A DNA stretch of 64,000 nt from Candidatus Sulfomarinibacteraceae bacterium (GTDB taxonomy: Bacteria; Acidobacteriota; Thermoanaerobaculia; Thermoanaerobaculales; Sulfomarinibacteraceae), in assembly GCA_963769215.1 (NCBI GenBank), contig CAVYKX010000004.1, forward strand, positions 235,566-299,565. Reading direction: 5' to 3'. The notes under the pieces were generated by a model. That model saw nothing but the letters and a program-made list of their open reading frames with translations, did no database searches and was not told the DNA's origin. The position numbers were made by a program, and so were the translations under genes. The number at the start of each line of letters is the position of its first letter. Within the stretch, counting starts at the first letter, position 1. Below are positions 25,783 to 36,332 of this stretch, one piece after another.

Positions 25783-27321
25783 TCAGACGATCGGCGATGT
25801 GGCCACACCATCGACTCGGCGCCGCTGAACCCGAGCCGTCTCCCGAAGAGCATCGCACAGCCGTTCCACGCCCTCTCCAATCGATTCCTCGCAGCAGTGA
25901 GTGAAATTCAGCCGGATCGCGTTCTCCGGCGGATCCGCGGCGAAACACGCCCTTCCCGGCAGAAAACTGACGCCGCGAGCTGCTGCGTGGGCCATCAGTG
26001 TCGATTGCTCGATTCCGTCGGGGAGTTTGCACCAGATATAAAAGCCACCACGAGGGACATCAAAGCGAAGTTCCATGGATTCTTCCCGCCCCAAAGCTCC
26101 AGCCATGGCATCCCGGCGTCGGCAGTAGGCACCCTTCAAACGTTCGACATGGGCGGCAAAATGCCCGTTGCTGACGAAACGTTCGAGCAGATACTGGCCG
26201 AAGCTGTTGGAGTGCAGGTCCGCACTCTGCTTCACCTGGACCAGCTGCCGGAGGACTACCGGCGGGACGACGAAGTAGCCGATCCGGAGGCCGGGCAGCA
26301 CGACCTTTGAAAAGGTGCTGAGGTACAGCACCTGGTCGTGCTCGTCGAGGGCCTTGAGCGACGGAAGGGCATCACCTTGATACCGCAGTTCCGAGTACGG
26401 GTCATCCTCGAGGATCGGCACCTGCCAGCGCGCTGCCAACTCGAGCAGACAACGCCGTCGATCGAGGCTCATCACGGCTCCGGACGGATTCTGGAAGGTG
26501 GGCAGTGTGTAGATGAGCTTCGGACGGTGGTGCTCCAGAACGGAGGCCAGAATGTCGGTGCGCATGCCGTCCTTGTCCAGGGGAACTCCGATGACCCTGG
26601 CCTGCGCAGCACGAAATGCCTGGAGCGCCCCGACGTAGGTCGGCTCCTCCACCACGACGACATCACCCGGATCGATGAATACCCTGGAAGCCAGATCGAG
26701 CCCCTGCTGTGAGCCGGAGAGAACGAGCACCTCAGAAGTCTTGGCGTGAATTCCGCGCGAGGTCACCCACCGAGCCAGCGTCTCGCGAAGCGGCGTATGA
26801 CCTTCGGTCGGGCAATGGAGGAATGGCGCAGAGCCTGAATCTCGCATGATCTCGGCCGTCAGCCCCTCCAGTGTTTCCAAAGGCAGCAATTCCGGCGCCG
26901 GCAACCCGATCGAAAAGGAGATCACGTCTTTTCGCTCCGCCGCAGCGAGCAGTTCTGCGATGATCGGATCGTACGAACGCGCTGCGCTCTCGCGAAAGAG
27001 CTGGCGCCACGGCACACCGACGGCTTGAAGCGGAGCCGAAGGCGGTCGAATGACCGCTGTTCCACGGCCCACGTGGGAGTCTACGAGACCGAGCGCCTTG
27101 AGCTCGCGGTAGGCGTTCAGCACGGTGGAACGATTCACCCCCAACGAGTCAGCCAAGCGCCGTTCCGGAGGCAGCCTGAAACCCTCCGGCAACGCACCGG
27201 TGTGGATCATCTCCTGGATTCGACGTACGACCTGGCGGTAGATCGGTTCATCGCTGGACCTGTCGATTGAGATATCCAAATCCCCCTCCATGTCAACCGT
27301 GTTGGGTTGCGGTTCGGCCAC
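25783..27321 (-). CDS. MocR/PdxR-type GntR-family transcriptional regulator with an aminotransferase-like domain
   Basis: N-terminal wHTH PIYRQVVRRIQEMIHTGALPEGFRLPPERRLADSLGVNRSTVLNAYRELKALGLV. The C-terminal domain is fold-type I PLP (SGSQQGLDL, NPSGAVMSLDRRR, STFSKVVLPGLRIGY). Confidence 0.85.
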   Translation of the reverse strand: MAEPQPNTVDMEGDLDISIDRSSDEPIYRQVVRRIQEMIHTGALPEGFRLPPERRLADSLGVNRSTVLNAYRELKALGLVDSHVGRGTAVIRPPSAPLQAVGVPWRQLFRESAARSYDPIIAELLAAAERKDVISFSIGLPAPELLPLETLEGLTAEIMRDSGSAPFLHCPTEGHTPLRETLARWVTSRGIHAKTSEVLVLSGSQQGLDLASRVFIDPGDVVVVEEPTYVGALQAFRAAQARVIGVPLDKDGMRTDILASVLEHHRPKLIYTLPTFQNPSGAVMSLDRRRCLLELAARWQVPILEDDPYSELRYQGDALPSLKALDEHDQVLYLSTFSKVVLPGLRIGYFVVPPVVLRQLVQVKQSADLHSNSFGQYLLERFVSNGHFAAHVERLKGAYCRRRDAMAGALGREESMELRFDVPRGGFYIWCKLPDGIEQSTLMAHAAARGVSFLPGRACFAADPPENAIRLNFTHCCEESIGEGVERLCDALRETARVQRRRVDGVATSPIV

Positions 27322-27774
27322 TCACGCGCAGGTATTCTCGATGGGAGACCGGAGAGTCTTCTGAAGCCCCGCTCCCGGATCGTCGTAACCGAGCAAACCC
27401 CAGCAGTGCCCGCAGCTCCACTGTTCCAGGGACGGCGCCACGCGAACCCGCCTGCAGCCATTGATCCGGGCGATACCCTCGGCGAACCGAACCAACCGCG
27501 AACCAAATCCGCGGTCATTGTGGTCGGGATCGACAGCCAGGACTCGGATCGTGGCCTGCACGAGCCGACCGCTTCCGGCCCAGACCATCTCCAGACCGAG
27601 CACCGCTCGCGGCTCGCTCTCTTCTTCCGCAATCAGGATCCGACCGTTTGGGTGTTCCGGAAACCGGCGCAAATTCTCACAGACCTCCGCCACCCACGGC
27701 CGTCGATCATTGAGGTGCCTGTTTTCAAGCTCTTGCCGACTTGCGTGTCGTATTTGCATCGCAGCACCTCCCAT
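27322..27774 (-). CDS. GNAT-family N-acetyltransferase (start may be the MQIRH methionine)
   Basis: VLAVDPDHNDRGFGSRLVRFAEGIARINGCRRV is an acetyl-CoA-binding-like motif. About 145 aa. Confidence 0.7.
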   Translation of the reverse strand: MGGAAMQIRHASRQELENRHLNDRRPWVAEVCENLRRFPEHPNGRILIAEEESEPRAVLGLEMVWAGSGRLVQATIRVLAVDPDHNDRGFGSRLVRFAEGIARINGCRRVRVAPSLEQWSCGHCWGLLGYDDPGAGLQKTLRSPIENTCA

Positions 27775-27935
27775 CTCAGAACATTGGCATCATCCATTTA
27801 TGAAGATATACCCTTGATTTCGGACGTCAACCTCCAATATCTGCAAATTGGAACCAGCCAATTCGCGAATCTCACCGTCCAATTCACACAGATCGGCGGT
27901 TTCCTGCACCAGCCCGGCCGGGTTAGGATCACAGT

Positions 27936-28781
27936 ATGGACTCGACAATCCTCGACGGCATCCGGAACGCGGCCTCGGCGGTCCAGGGCGCGGAAGCACT
28001 GCTCATCACTGCCGGTGCAGGAATGGGAGTGGACTCCGGCCTCCCGGACTTTCGCGGCGACAAGGGCTTCTGGCGCGCCTACCCGCCGATGGAGCGGCTC
28101 GGAATCTCGTTCTTCGATATGGCCAACCCGCTGTGGTTCTCTCGTGATCCCGAGCTCGCATGGGGCTTTTATGGGCACCGGCTGAACCTCTACCGCGGGA
28201 CAACACCACATGCCGGCTTCGACATCCTCAGGGCCTGGGGCGAAACCGCCAGGCACAGTTGTTTCATTTTCACCTCGAATGTCGACGGCCAGTTTCAAAC
28301 CGCCGGATTCGACCGGGACCACATTCTCGAGTGCCACGGATCGATCCACCACCTCCAGTGCACGACGCCGTGCACCCAGGAGATCTGGGACACCGAATCT
28401 TTCGAGATCGCGGTTGAAGAAGAGAGCTTTCGCGCTCTGTCGGTCTTGCCGGAATGTCCGCGATGCGGCTCCCTCGCCCGTCCAAACGTGCTCATGTTCA
28501 ACGACTGGCACTGGATTCCCCACCGCACCTCCTCACAAGAACGCCATTTCGAAACCTGGCTCGACAGAGCCGCCGGGTCGAAGGTCGTCGTCGTGGAACT
28601 CGGGGCCGGTTCAGCGGTCCCAACCGTCCGTATGACCTCGGAACGCGCGGCCACCCGCTTGGGCGGCACCCTGATTCGAATCAACCCCCGCGAACCCCAG
28701 GTCCCACACGGCCACATCGGCATTCCGCTGAATGCGCTGGAGGCGCTGCAGGCAATTGACGACCATCTGAGTTTAGACTGA
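27936..28781 (+). CDS. SIR2-family NAD-dependent protein deacylase (sirtuin)
   Basis: ITAGAGMGVDSGLPDFRG, FTSNVDGQF, ECHGS, zinc-ribbon cysteines (CTTPC...CPRCG), and VVELGAGSAVPTVR. Confidence 0.8.
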   Translation: MDSTILDGIRNAASAVQGAEALLITAGAGMGVDSGLPDFRGDKGFWRAYPPMERLGISFFDMANPLWFSRDPELAWGFYGHRLNLYRGTTPHAGFDILRAWGETARHSCFIFTSNVDGQFQTAGFDRDHILECHGSIHHLQCTTPCTQEIWDTESFEIAVEEESFRALSVLPECPRCGSLARPNVLMFNDWHWIPHRTSSQERHFETWLDRAAGSKVVVVELGAGSAVPTVRMTSERAATRLGGTLIRINPREPQVPHGHIGIPLNALEALQAIDDHLSLD

Positions 28782-28784
28782 ACT

Positions 28785-28826
28785 GAAATTTCGGATTTCG
28801 GATTTCGGATTTTCGCCCGCCTTCCC
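28785..28826. repeat. GGATTTC heptamers plus a C-box, just after the sirtuin stop
   Basis: GAAATTTCG GATTTCG GATTTCG GATTTTCG CCCGCCTTCCC. Confidence 0.8.
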
Positions 28827-28848
28827 ATAGTCAGCACTGAGTTTGCCG

Positions 28849-28980
28849 GCAGAAGAGCACGATCGGCGGAGGTGCCATCTTTTGCATTGTCCGAACTTCA
28901 AATTTCCAGTTGCGAGATCGATGTGGTCGGTCAATGCTAAAGGTGGCTCCGCGCGGGAAGCGCAATCGCAGAAGAACGCG
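28849..28980 (+). repeat. Rod-hairpin element, beta subtype, copy 3
   Basis: GCAGAAGAGCACGATCGGCGGAGGTGCCATCTTTTGCATTGTCCG-loop-GGTCGGTCAATGCTAAAGGTGGCTCCGCGCGGGAAGCGCAATCGCAGAAGAACGCG. Confidence 0.85.
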
Positions 28981-29024
28981 TTCAAAAATGGAGCGCCTAC
29001 CCTCAGCAACGATTGCGGACAATC

Positions 29025-29067
29025 GGGATTGGAACGGGATCGGAATCGGGATCGGGATCGGGATCGG
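29025..29067. repeat. GGGATC-type hexamer array upstream of the start at 29099
   Basis: GGGATTGGAACGGGATCGGAATCGGGATCGGGATCGGGATCGG. Confidence 0.8.
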
Positions 29068-29098
29068 ACAAGGTATGATGCCGCACTGGAGGACTGAG

Positions 29099-29443
29099 AT
29101 GGCAAAACTCTGGATTTTACGGGGTGACCACGAGGCTCCCGGGTGGAACGAGTTGCGAAAGGCCTACGAGGACGAAAAGGTCGATATCATTCACCTTGAC
29201 GCCAAAGTCTGGGCAATTGTCAATGCCGAGGATGAACCTGCCGGCTACGAAGGCCTGCACGCCGAGGAGCCGGCCGACGGCATGTACATCGACCCGAATG
29301 GGTCGCCTCTCTATCTGCTCGGTGGCGCCGTCGTCACCACGGCGGAAGAACTCATCGACGGCCTCGGCGACAAGGCTCAAGAAGTGCTGAGCGCGACGGG
29401 CGATGCCGAGACCACTCTCACCCGGCTCGGTCGGGTCTACTGA
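29099..29443 (+). CDS. Hypothetical small acidic protein
   Basis: Internal ATG (MAKLWILRGDHEAPGWNELRKAYEDEKV...), 114 aa, directly followed by the OmpW-like gene. The upstream part of ORF 28910.. lies in repeats. Confidence 0.4.
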   Translation: MAKLWILRGDHEAPGWNELRKAYEDEKVDIIHLDAKVWAIVNAEDEPAGYEGLHAEEPADGMYIDPNGSPLYLLGGAVVTTAEELIDGLGDKAQEVLSATGDAETTLTRLGRVY

Positions 29444-29451
29444 AGTTCGTC

Positions 29452-30099
29452 ATGCGGCGTCGCATCATCACGTTGGTCTTGGTCTGGTCCATCGGGGCTG
29501 CAGGAATGGCCGCAGCGCAAACCGTCGAGTGGCAATATGGGGGACGCCTGCTCTATCTCAACACCGACGCCTCCAGCGACATGCTCGGCGACACCGGCTA
29601 CTCCTTCGACGTCAGCTCGAGCCTGGGAATTGACTTCGACGCCACAGTGAAGTTTTCGAATCTCTTCGCTGCAGAGTTTTCGATCGGAGGTTCAGCACCC
29701 CGGCTGCAAGCCGTTGGGGGAGACTGCTGTGCAACGATCGACGCCGGTAGGCTCTGGCTGGTTCCGCTGACGGCAACCGTGCAATACCACCTGCAGATCT
29801 ACGGACCCTGGGATCCCTATGTGGGCCTCGGCTTCACGTGGATCGTTCCGTTTTACAGTCTATCGGACGATCTTCGCGCAGCCGGTCTGACTGATGTCTC
29901 ATTCGAGGGCGGCCCGGGGATTGCAGCCCAGGTGGGCTTCAACTACCAGATGGACAACCGCTGGTATGTCAATTTCGATCTGAGATATCTCGGCGCGTCT
30001 CTCGAAGCGCGAGCCAAAACTGACGAGGAAGATATCCCGACGGTAGATGTGGACATCAACCCGTTCGTGATCGGCCTCGGGATCGGCTATAGGTTCTAG
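29452..30099 (+). CDS. OmpW-family outer-membrane beta-barrel protein
   Basis: Signal peptide ...GAAGMAAAQ, alternating beta-strand pattern, and C-terminal IGLGIGYRF with a terminal Phe. Confidence 0.7.
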   Translation: MRRRIITLVLVWSIGAAGMAAAQTVEWQYGGRLLYLNTDASSDMLGDTGYSFDVSSSLGIDFDATVKFSNLFAAEFSIGGSAPRLQAVGGDCCATIDAGRLWLVPLTATVQYHLQIYGPWDPYVGLGFTWIVPFYSLSDDLRAAGLTDVSFEGGPGIAAQVGFNYQMDNRWYVNFDLRYLGASLEARAKTDEEDIPTVDVDINPFVIGLGIGYRF

Positions 30100-30165
30100 C
30101 CAGCAGGTTCTGACCGTCTCCGTACCCGACGATTCAGCGGCAGTTCAGGTTCTACCGATTTGGAC

Positions 30166-30303
30166 GCCCTCTTTTGCGAGCGCTGTCCCGCGTGGTTGCC
30201 CCCCTTGACGATCTTATGGACCTGATGCCTTAGCCACTTGAAAGTCAGTACTCCCAAAATCGTCAAGGACGGCACGCCCGATCAGCGCGCTTTTCTGCGA
30301 GAG
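30166..30303 (-). repeat. Rod-hairpin element, alpha subtype, copy 4
   Basis: The minus strand reads GCAGAAAAGCGCGCTGATCGGGCGTGCC-GTCCTTGACGATTTTGG-loop-CCATAAGATCGTCAAGGGG-GGCAACCACGCGGGAC. The stem core TTGACGAT/ATCGTCAA differs from copy 1, but pairing is kept. Confidence 0.85.
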
Positions 30304-30523
30304 TCTTCCCGCGGCTTGATCGCGGCGGAGCCCAAAGCGCTCTGCGCACTGTGGATTGCCTGGGAAGGTCGAGGGCGAGGATTTTCTCAATGACGCTTCA
30401 GGATCCGAAATAGCTCCAGCTGATGGCGATTGAGATTCTGTGTCCTCTTGCACCGTGTCCTGTGGTGGTTCGGGACCCGCCTCATCGACTCCGGGATGAG
30501 CCGAACGCGCCGTTGTTTCGACG

Positions 30524-31045
30524 TTATTGCGCGACCGGCTCGTCGGCAAAATCATCTGGATCGAACTCGCCGCCATCGGCGTGCTTCTTCATCTGCTCGC
30601 GCACCATCTGGATGTGCTCGACCTCTTCCTGCCGCAGCTCGGTAAAGAGCTCGCGGACTTCGGGATCTTCAACCTCGGGGAGGGCGCCGTCGAAGAACTC
30701 GAAGGCCTTGGTCTCGGCAGCCAACGCCACATCGAGCGCATCCTGCATGGTCATGAAGGTCTTGGCAACTTCATACCCAGGTGCTTCCACATCCCACAAC
30801 ATCGAACGATCGACAGTCACCGCCTGGTCGCCGAAGAGCTCCCGCCGTTTCGCGCCCAACTCCTCTCCGTGCTTGGCCTCGCAATCGACCATGAATCGGA
30901 AGAATCTGGCAGCGTCTTTCGTGTTGTGAAGCTCCAGATTCTCTGCGAGCTCACGATAACGCTCTTCTGCTTCCTCTTCGACCAACACGGCGAGGTCGAG
31001 GGCGTCCTTGATCGACAGACTCCCGAAATCGATATCTACGCTCAT
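30524..31045 (-). CDS. Ferritin-like / rubrerythrin-family di-iron protein
   Basis: There are two ExxH-type helices: EEEAEERYRELA...DCEAKHGEE and AAETKAFEFF...RQEEVEHIQM. Confidence 0.65.
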   Translation of the reverse strand: MSVDIDFGSLSIKDALDLAVLVEEEAEERYRELAENLELHNTKDAARFFRFMVDCEAKHGEELGAKRRELFGDQAVTVDRSMLWDVEAPGYEVAKTFMTMQDALDVALAAETKAFEFFDGALPEVEDPEVRELFTELRQEEVEHIQMVREQMKKHADGGEFDPDDFADEPVAQ

Positions 31046-31098
31046 GCTTTCCCTATCCTCCTGTGGCGTCTCGGCGCTTCAGATCTGGCCAGCTGGCA

Positions 31099-31884
31099 TC
31101 ACCCGAGGATGACGCCGCGCTGTGAGGTCGAAATGAACTCGAGCACCAGATCGACGTCCTCCTGGCCTGCGAGCTCTGCAGAGATGAGTTCCATCGCTTG
31201 CGACGTATTGAGTTTCGGATCACGCAGGAGCCGCCACATTTTCTTGAGCGCCTGGCGGCTCTCAGGAGAAAAACCCTTGCGTTCGAGACCAATCGTGTTC
31301 GGCCCATAGCACTTGGCAGGCCGGTTACCGACCGTGCTCATGTAGGGCAGGCAGTCCTTGTTCGCAGCGGTGAAGCCTCCGAGAAACGCGTGTGGTCCCA
31401 CGCGCGTGAATTGGTGGATCGCCGAAAATGCGCCGACGGTCGCATGATCGCCAACCTCGACATGGCCGGCCAGGGTGGCGCTGTTGGCGAAAACCGTATT
31501 CGAACCTACATGGCAATCGTGGGCAACGTGCGCATAGGCCATGAAAAGGCTGCCGCCGCCGATGGTCGTGATGCCTCCCCCGCCCGGCGTCCCACGGTGG
31601 AGAGTCACGAATTCGCGAAAAAAATTATCGTCACCAATATCGAGCATCGTAGCCTCGCCCGCATACTTGAGATCCTGGGGCGGTGCTCCCACCGAACAGT
31701 GACTTTCGAATCTATTGCCGGCACCAACTGAAGTTCCGCTCGCGAACCGGCAGAACGGTCCGATCTGGCACCCGGCGCCAATCTTCACTCCGCCTTCGAT
31801 GACGGTGTAAGGCCCCACCACAACGCCGTCGCCGATATCCGCCGTAGCGTCCACAATCGCTGTTGGATGGACATCCGAACTCAT
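31099..31884 (-). CDS. lpxA: Acyl-ACP--UDP-N-acetylglucosamine O-acyltransferase
   Basis: [36 protein letters not shown] hexapeptide repeats and the LpxA C-terminal helical domain. ATGA overlap with fabZ at 31882-31886. Confidence 0.9.
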   Translation of the reverse strand: MSSDVHPTAIVDATADIGDGVVVGPYTVIEGGVKIGAGCQIGPFCRFASGTSVGAGNRFESHCSVGAPPQDLKYAGEATMLDIGDDNFFREFVTLHRGTPGGGGITTIGGGSLFMAYAHVAHDCHVGSNTVFANSATLAGHVEVGDHATVGAFSAIHQFTRVGPHAFLGGFTAANKDCLPYMSTVGNRPAKCYGPNTIGLERKGFSPESRQALKKMWRLLRDPKLNTSQAMELISAELAGQEDVDLVLEFISTSQRGVILG

Positions 31885-32312
31885 CAACGATCTCCGAGAG
31901 CAGACATCATATCCGCCTCGCACACGACCTCATTTTCTACCAGTGCCCGGCCGTGGATCTTCGCGAAATTGCTCCGCTTCGCGATGACCTCGACTTCGAA
32001 AATCACCTGGTCGCCGGGCACCACGGGTTTGCGGAAGCGGCAGTTGTCGATGCCGGTGAAGAAAATGAGTTTGTCCGAACGATCTTCCACCTGGCTGAAA
32101 AGCAGATAGCCACCCGCCTGGGCCATCGCCTCGACGAGAAGCACTCCCGGCATGACGGGAGCCCCTGGAAAATGGCCAAGGAAATGGGGCTCGTTGATGG
32201 TGACGTTCTTGACAGCCCGAATCGTTGACTCACCCATTTCCAGCACCCGATCGATCAGCAGGAAGGGATACCGGTGCGGCATCACGCTCAAGATATCGGT
32301 GATGTCGTTCAT
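31884..32312 (-). CDS. fabZ: 3-hydroxyacyl-ACP dehydratase
   Basis: [25 protein letters not shown]...[27 protein letters not shown]. 142 aa, intact. Confidence 0.9.
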   Translation of the reverse strand: MNDITDILSVMPHRYPFLLIDRVLEMGESTIRAVKNVTINEPHFLGHFPGAPVMPGVLLVEAMAQAGGYLLFSQVEDRSDKLIFFTGIDNCRFRKPVVPGDQVIFEVEVIAKRSNFAKIHGRALVENEVVCEADMMSALGDR

Positions 32313-33349
32313 CTCTTGGACTCCTCGAGGTCTGAAAGTCGCGCCTCGAGCTCCTTGACCTGTTGTCGAAGCCCATCGAGACGCTGAATATTGGCGTTGG
32401 TTTTCAACCATTCGCGGTGGGGCCGACCCGGATGACCCGACAACATCACACCGTCGGGGACGTCCTTCGTGGCCACGGCCCGCGCAGCCAGAACGACACC
32501 ACTGCCGATATCTATGTGACCGACGCATCCGGCCTGGCCGGCAATGACCGTATGGTGGCCGATCTTGGTCGAACCCGAGATCCCCGACTGCGCCACCAGC
32601 AGGCAGCGCTTCACCGACCTGGACGTTGTGGGCGATCTGCACCAGATTGTCCACCTTGGTGCCGCGTCCGATTCGGGTTTCCCCGAGGGCGGCACGGTCT
32701 ACGCAGACGTTGGCGCCGAGCTCCACGTCGTCTTCGAGCACGACGATGCCCACTTGCGGAACCTTGTGGTGCATCCCGTCGACCGTTGCGAACCCGAAAC
32801 CGTCGGACCCGATCACCGTCCCGGAGTGGATCACGCAGCGGTCGCCGATCCGGCATCCGTCCTCGACCACAACCCGTGGGTGCAAGACACTGCCGTCGCA
32901 CCGACCACGACATCCAGGCCGAGCACACATCCGGCGCCGATCGCACTGCCGGCCCCAATCGAAGATCCCGCTCCGACGTACAGCCAGTGGGCCGACGCTG
33001 GCGTCTTCGCCAAGCTCGACGTCCTCCGCCACCACCGCCGACGGATGGACTCCAGGCGGAGGCGACTCGCTGCGGGTAGAAGTACTCGAGAGCGCGTGCC
33101 AACGCCAGATAAGGTTCCGGGCACACCAGGAGATTCCTACCCGGTAGCAACGAAGCGTCGGCAACCAAAATGGCGCCGGCTCGCGAAGAAACGCGCCTCC
33201 TCCACGTATTTCGGGTTGTGGAGGAAGCTCAGGTGCTCCTGCTCCGCGGTGTCCAGGGGGCGCACACCTTTGATCTCATGGTTTCCATCCCCGACGATTT
33301 CCGCACCGAGAAGGTCAGCGAGGTCCGAGATGCGCGCTGAACGACTCAC
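32309..33349 (-). pseudogene. lpxD: UDP-3-O-acylglucosamine N-acyltransferase, at least 4 frameshifts
   Basis: The fragments lie in different frames: [42 protein letters not shown] / [21 protein letters not shown] / [20 protein letters not shown]...[41 protein letters not shown] / [27 protein letters not shown]. Overlaps the fabZ start. Confidence 0.8.
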
Positions 33350-33874
33350 TGGCGGTGTTGAATCGCCGGATCACTTCATCGGTGATGTCGATCGTCTCGT
33401 CAGCGTAGACCAGTCCGGACTGGAACTTGTTGAAGATCAGGGTGATGCCCCTGCTCCTTGCCAACCTGGTTGATGATCGGCAGGATCCGCTGCTTCGAGC
33501 CCGCCGAGCTCGCGGCGGCGCGCATCGTCGAGCTCGCGCTTGGCATCGTCCTCGAATCTGCGGATGCGCGATGCGTCTTGTCCTCGATCTCCTTGTTCAG
33601 CTCCGCGAGCCGCTCCTCGGACAGGGTGAAGCGTTGCTTGTTGAACTGGTCTTGAAGGGTCGCGAGCTCCTGCTGCAGGTGCCGGCCTTCCTCGACCTTG
33701 GCGTCCGGCAACGCTCTTTCAGCTTCTGGAGCGCCTCCTTGCCCGGATCGGACTCGGTCACCACCCGTTGCACGTCGATCACCGCGATCTTTGATCTGCG
33801 CGGCGGCCGGAACGGCAACCGCGATGGCCGAGCGCGACCATCACCGCTCGCTACGAATCACTGAACGATGTCAT
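33346..33874 (-). pseudogene. skp: OmpH/Skp periplasmic chaperone, several frameshifts
   Basis: Fragments IAVIDVQRVVTESDPGKEALQKLKE, LQQELATLQDQFNKQRFTLSEERLAELNKEIEDK and KEQGITLIFNKFQSGLVYADETIDITDEVIRRFN (my translation). The inferred stop forms a GTGA overlap with the lpxD start. Confidence 0.6.
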
Positions 33875-33900
33875 TTCTATCCTCCAGATTGATCTTGGTT

Positions 33901-36318
33901 CTAGAATGTCGTTCCGATCGAGAACTGGAAGTCGCTGTTCTTCTCGTCCGGGAACGGATCGAGATTGATAGCCATAAATGAAGCGGATCGGGGCCTGGAA
34001 GATCGGCAGGAAGATCCTCAACTCGACCCGGTCGGTCCTACGCCAGAGGCTGAAATCCCAACCCTGCTCCGCGTCGTAGGTGTTTCCCATATCGGAGAAG
34101 AACACCAGCTTCACCGGCCCACCGACCCTGAACTGGTACTCCAGATTGAACAGCCAGTAGCGATCGCCACCGATCCGCGATCCTCCCGGTCAGTAAAGAA
34201 ATATTCGCCCGTCTGCGGTCCGCGGCAGGACCGAGTAGTACGGCAAACCGCGCAGGGTGCGATCGCCGCCGAGGCGGTACAGCTCATAGACCGGTATCTC
34301 CGAATCGTCGTAGGTGAAGAACTGGCCGACCTCGGCGTTGAAGGCGAAGGTGAACTTCTTGCTCATCGGGATGAACAGGGTGAAGGTGACCTCCGGGCGG
34401 ACGTAGTCGAAATCTCCGCCGAGGGGCCGCCGGCCATGCGGAGCCGGCCGTGAACGTCTGTCCGCGGTTGGGGTCGAAGGGGTCGTCGCGACTGTCTATG
34501 TTGTAGCCGGGCGTGAACGAATCGGTCTTCCCGCTGAAGACCTCGAAGGCCCGCTCGAAGGTCGCTCCATCGACCGGCGGAATGTCGATCGGGGCGCACG
34601 TGGCCGCCTGTCGGTCACCCGACTGCCCGACGCTGGTGACGCGATACCGCGAGTAGACATCCTCGAAACGCCAGGAATCCGGAAACCGACGAAAAGGTCC
34701 GACACCGAGACCCATCGAGACGGTCAGGCCCGGTCGTCTCTCGCGATACGATGATCCGCCGACTGTCGAGTAGTCGATGGCGCTTGAAGATCGACGCCGC
34801 CGAGCAGGATCCGCCGATCGAGGAAGTAGGGCTCGGTGAAGGACAGCGTGTAGTAGTCCGCTCGGCGGCCGATCTGCACCGACACTCCCAGGGTCTTGCC
34901 GCGGCCCAGGAAGTTCCGGGTGTTGAACTGGCCTGGGCGAAGAAGCCGTCGAGCTCGGAGTATCCGGCGCCGAACTGGATGTCGTTGCGGCCCGACCTCG
35001 TTGCCCTTGACCGTGACGTTGACCTCTTGTTCTCGTCGTCGAAGTCGAACTCGAGAGGCTCTTCTTCGAGCTTCCAGTAGCCGAGGGCGTTGACCTTGAA
35101 GACCGACGCGCGGAAGATCGCCCATGGTCATGTAGTCGCCCTCCGAGATGCGAAACTCCCGCCGCAGCACCTTGTCCCTGGTGGTCGTGTTGCCGACGAA
35201 CTCGAGCCGGCCGAGTCGGAAGCGGTCGCCCTCGAAGACGTCGATGACGACGTCGACGATGTGTTCCTCGCCCTCACGGTCCGTCAGCACCTGGTTGGTG
35301 TAGGCGTAGATGTAGCCCGAGTTGTGGTACAGTCGCGGACCTTCTCCATGCCCGCTTCGATCACCTTGTGGTTGTAGGTCTGCCCGTGCTTGACCTCGAA
35401 GATGCTGCGCGAGGCGCTCGGCGTTGAAGATCGTCGACGCCTTCGACCTCGAGATCGCCGAGCATGTAGGGCTCGCCCTCCTCCACCGGGATGGTGATGT
35501 GCAGCCGGTAATTCTTCTTCTTCAGCGTCTCGGCGTCGGGCTTCTTGGCGACGAGCTCGAGCTCGGGCTGGCCGACCTTGATGTCCTTGTAGCCGTGATT
35601 CATGTAGAACTTACGCAGGTTGTCGCGATCCTCGTCCCACGCCTCCTCGGAGTAGATGATCTTGTCGCCGAACACTGTAGAGCTCTGTCTTCTTGGTCTT
35701 CTTGAGGGCGCCGCGGAGCTTCGAGTCGGAGAAGACCTCGTTGCCGACGAAGTCGATCACGTCGATCTTGACCTTGCCGCCCTCGTCGATCTGAAGACCA
35801 CCTTGCGCTTGTTCGGTGGGACTCCTCGACCTGATAGGCGATCCGGCCGAACGGTAACCCTCGACGTCGTAGATCTCCTTGATGGCGGTCTCGATACGCG
35901 ACAGCTGCGCCATCTTCAGGGGCACGTTGCGCGGCACCTCGACGCCCCGCTCGTCGAGCTTGTCCTTGAGGTCCGGTGGTCTTGATCTTCTTGTTGCCCT
36001 CGAACACGACCGATCGTCACGAAGGGCCGCTCCTCGACGACGATGTACAGGATGACCTCGCCGTCCTCCATCTCCTCCAGCTCGATCCGCACGTCCTCGA
36101 AGAGGCCCGAGTCCCACAGCCGGTGAAAGCCCTCGGCGATCGAGCTCGAGATCGAGCGGATCGCCCGGCTCGAGCCCGAGGTAATAGGACACCGTGTCCA
36201 GCGGTCAGGGTCATGCCGCCCTCGACGACGATGTCGGCGATGATCGGCAGCTCGTCTCGTGCTGCAGCTGCCGGCGCGCTGGGCCGACCGAAAGCGAGCA
36301 GCACGACGCAGCAATCAT
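33901..36318 (-). pseudogene. bamA: Outer-membrane protein assembly factor BamA, many frameshifts
   Basis: POTRA fragments ([69 protein letters not shown]..., IDVIDFVGNEVFSDSKLRGALKTKK). Barrel fragments and a C-terminal ...NSDFQFSIGTTF-stop (my translation). The pieces are spread over all three frames. Confidence 0.8.
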
Positions 36319-36332
36319 AACGCCGGCAGCTC

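Noticed and set aside
27936-28781. SIR2-domain gene as part of an antiphage system (Thoeris, DSR or similar)
   Set aside because: It has canonical sirtuin catalytic motifs and a zinc ribbon, sits beside a GNAT acetyltransferase, and has no partner effector or sensor genes. This looks like ordinary protein deacylation.
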